Assembly: GCA_963831265.1 (NCBI GenBank)
Contig: CAWHPQ010000018.1
Coordinates: forward strand, 28,486-92,485
Source: an uncultured delta proteobacterium
GTDB lineage: Bacteria; Myxococcota; Myxococcia; Myxococcales; Anaeromyxobacteraceae
Direction: 5' to 3'
DNA: 64,000 bases
This document shows, one piece after another, positions 59,720-64,000 of the stretch. The position numbers were made by a program, and so were the translations under genes. A model generated the notes under the pieces. That model was not told the origin of the DNA. It saw nothing but the letters and a program-made list of their open reading frames with translations, and did no database searches. Position 1 is the first letter of the stretch, and the number at the start of each line of letters is the position of its first letter.

Positions 59720-60390
59720 CTCTCCGCCTGGGCGATGACCCTGCGCAGCTCGGCGAGCTGGGCCCGGAACCGGCCGTCCACGGACGCGCCATCGGCCTCG
59801 ATGATCACCTCTCCCGTGCTGAGCCCCGCGTCGACGATGACCCTCATTCCCGTGGTCCCCGCACCAGGAGAGAACCCTCCCTCCCGCAGGGCCGCCGCGT
59901 CCTCCTGGCTCGCCCGCACGGCGACCCTCGTGCCGTCGCGCACCAGGGTGAGGGCCCGCGCTGCTGCCGTGAGGCCGTCGAGACCGGGCTTGACCTCGCG
60001 ATCGAGGATCCGCTCCGCCATCTCCACGGCCAGTCCCAGGAGCTCCTCCGCACAGCCGGCCAGCAGGCGTTCCCGCTCCGCCGCACCCCGGACGACCTCC
60101 GCGGCGGCCCCCGCGATCCCCTCCGCACGCCCTGCGGCGAAACCGGCCTCGAACGCCGCCGTGCGGGTCCCCTCGGCCTCGCGCTCCGCCTCGACCCGGA
60201 TCCTCCGGGCCTGCTCCTCCGCCCCGGCGAGGAGACTCCGGGCAGCCTGGCGCGCATCCCAGACCTCGGAGGGAATCCTCCGGGCCCCCGGGGGCGCCCC
60301 TGAGGTCCGCGCCTCGTCCGAACCGTCCACCTCGCGACCTCCCCGCGGCCCCTTCCGGTGGCGCCGCGCCCATGGCCTGCACCCCTGCAA
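59716..60390 (-). CDS. fliH: FliH/SctL-like ATPase regulator/stator protein
   Basis: It has a central Ala/Glu/Arg coiled coil (EEQARRIRVEAEREAE) and a C-terminal FliH-type domain (VAVRASQEDAAAL, GEVIIEADGASVDGRF). The exact start is uncertain. Confidence 0.7.
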   Translation of the reverse strand: MQGCRPWARRHRKGPRGGREVDGSDEARTSGAPPGARRIPSEVWDARQAARSLLAGAEEQARRIRVEAEREAEGTRTAAFEAGFAAGRAEGIAGAAAEVVRGAAERERLLAGCAEELLGLAVEMAERILDREVKPGLDGLTAAARALTLVRDGTRVAVRASQEDAAALREGGFSPGAGTTGMRVIVDAGLSTGEVIIEADGASVDGRFRAQLAELRRVIAQAER

Positions 60391-60449
60391 GCGAAGGGCC
60401 CACCCCGCCTGTGGCGGAGTGGGCCCGGGTGATGCGCGCGGGTGAGAGG

Positions 60450-61205
60450 TTAGGCGGCTTCCTCGGCGTTCCCAATCTCGCCGGTCTCCACGGATTCGAC
60501 CGACTCGAGGTAGCGATGGAGGAACTGCTTGGTCTTCAGCTCCACCTGGCGCACGCGCTCGCGCGACACGCCCCAGCGCTTGCCGATCTCCTCCAGGGTC
60601 TTCGGAGAGTCCTGCTGCAGCCGGTTGTGGATGATGTCCCAGCCGAGCTCGCCGATGCGCTTGCGGACCTTGCCGAGCGCATCCCGGACCTCGCGGTCCC
60701 CCTCGTTGGAAAGGTAGCCACCCTCGGGCCCCGGTCCCTCGTCCTCGATGCGCTCGAGGTGGGAGACGTCACCGTCCTCGTCGATGTAGCTGTCGAGGGA
60801 GAGGTCGGGCTGCGCCACCGTGCCGCTCTGCGGCCGGACGGTGCTGCGCGCCTCCTTGAGGTACTTGCCCACGTAGGCGCGGATCCACCAGACCGCGTAG
60901 GTCGAGAAACGGGTTCCGGCGTGCGGGTCGAACTTCTCGACGGCACGCATCAGTCCGACGTTGCCCTCCTGGATCAGGTCGTCGAGCCGGACCGTCCCGC
61001 GCCGCTGCTTGCGGGCGATGGCCACGACGAAGGCCAGGTTGTGCCGGACGAGCTTCTGCTTCGCACCGACCTCGCCCTTGCGAGCCTTGAGGGCGAGCGC
61101 GTGTTCCTCGTCGCGGGTGAGCGGCGGGTAGTCTCGAACGGCCTTCAGGTAGGGAGCGAGCTCCTCGAACTCCCTGCTCCCGCGCTGGATACCAGCGGTC
61201 TTCAT
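60450..61205 (-). CDS. Sigma-70 family RNA polymerase sigma factor (group 3-like, regions 2-4)
   Basis: Region 2 is DLIQEGNVGLMRAVEKFDP...FSTYAVWWIR. Region 4 is the HTH LEEIGKRWGVSRERVRQVE. There is no region 1.1 and no RpoH box. Confidence 0.88.
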   Translation of the reverse strand: MKTAGIQRGSREFEELAPYLKAVRDYPPLTRDEEHALALKARKGEVGAKQKLVRHNLAFVVAIARKQRRGTVRLDDLIQEGNVGLMRAVEKFDPHAGTRFSTYAVWWIRAYVGKYLKEARSTVRPQSGTVAQPDLSLDSYIDEDGDVSHLERIEDEGPGPEGGYLSNEGDREVRDALGKVRKRIGELGWDIIHNRLQQDSPKTLEEIGKRWGVSRERVRQVELKTKQFLHRYLESVESVETGEIGNAEEAA

Positions 61206-61276
61206 TGTTCTCTGGCCTCTCCACTGTCCGTGCAGGCTGCCGGGTTTTCCGGAATGCCGGACAGTTACGTTACGGC

Positions 61277-61305
61277 ATATTACGAATCTGGACCTCGTCA
61301 GTCAA
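61277..61305 (-). promoter_or_regulatory. Candidate sigma-70-type promoter of the sigma factor gene
   Basis: The minus strand reads TTGACT (61305..61300), a 17-nt spacer, then TAATAT (61282..61277). This lies about 70 nt upstream of the ATG at 61205, which has GGAGAGG about 10 nt before it. Confidence 0.55.
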
Positions 61306-61455
61306 TCACCAACGCCAAGTATCCGTCATGACTGAATTGTGACAGTCGAAACATCGACCTTTCCGGTGGTCGAAACTAGGGGATTCCCCTGACGCGGCGA
61401 ATCACGAAAGGGCTGGTACTCTTGCTGGAACGTCCGGAAACGAATGAATAGTTCA

Positions 61456-61483
61456 GGACGCCGATGCCCGAGAAGGGGCGTCC
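61456..61483 (-). terminator. Candidate intrinsic terminator after rpoC
   Basis: Minus-strand hairpin GGACGCC-N14-GGCGTCC, followed by the moderately U-rich UGAACUAUUCAUUCGUUUCC. A second 10-bp hairpin with a GUGA loop lies at 61537..61560. Confidence 0.4.
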
Positions 61484-61589
61484 CGATCGGTCAGGCGGAG
61501 GGCATCCTTACGGGGGATCGGCACAGGAACGGCGATGGCCCGAGGCTCACGCCCCGGGCCACCGGATCGAAGCCAATCTCCAGCGCTGC

Positions 61590-64000
<2,411 letters not shown>

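Overview
This is a very GC-rich bacterial chromosomal segment (by eye above 70% G+C, with third codon positions almost all G/C). The gene content, a Myxococcus-type LexA box, a HARE-HTH protein and HEAT/lipoprotein genes suggest a Myxococcota (Anaeromyxobacter-like) genome. That taxonomic call is inference only.

I can support about 58 protein-coding genes. About 50 lie on the minus strand in long, tightly packed arrays with many 4-nt ATGA/GTGA start-stop overlaps. The content is mostly core metabolism and information processing:
- hutH (partial) and aspartate kinase.
- A branched-chain-type 2-oxoacid dehydrogenase cluster (E1a/E1b/E2/E3) bracketed by lipA and a lipB-Nudix fusion.
- moaA, thiC, eno, glpX, hom, rlmN and ndk.
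- sucCD and mdh.
- pyrR-pyrB-pyrC-carA, then lepA.
- A class II ribonucleotide reductase behind NrdR boxes.
- The SOS mutagenesis cassette imuA-imuB-dnaE2 behind a LexA box.
- trxA, slt, rnd, a sigma factor, and the 3' two-thirds of rpoC.

I saw no rRNA, tRNA, CRISPR array, transposase, integrase or prophage signature.

Because of the GC content, the six-frame track is full of long shadow ORFs (up to 1675 aa), which I reject. I picked true starts inside track ORFs from N-terminal family motifs, SD spacing and frame arithmetic. Starts may therefore be off by a few codons.

The most interesting observations are:
1. A stand-alone sigma factor + FliH/FliI/FliJ-like (type III export ATPase complex) module next to rpoC, with no export-apparatus genes within reach.
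2. The FliJ-position ORF has no stop codon and runs antisense through the whole convergent gene.
3. A double HARE-HTH / degenerate Mrr-like protein with a 180-aa block-charged tail, divergent from a cytoplasmic beta-propeller protein.
4. The LipB-Nudix fusion.
5. A near-leaderless imuA whose LexA box fills the promoter spacer.

Nothing here is a clear-cut novel defence or mobile system, and I flag the candidates with moderate scores only.
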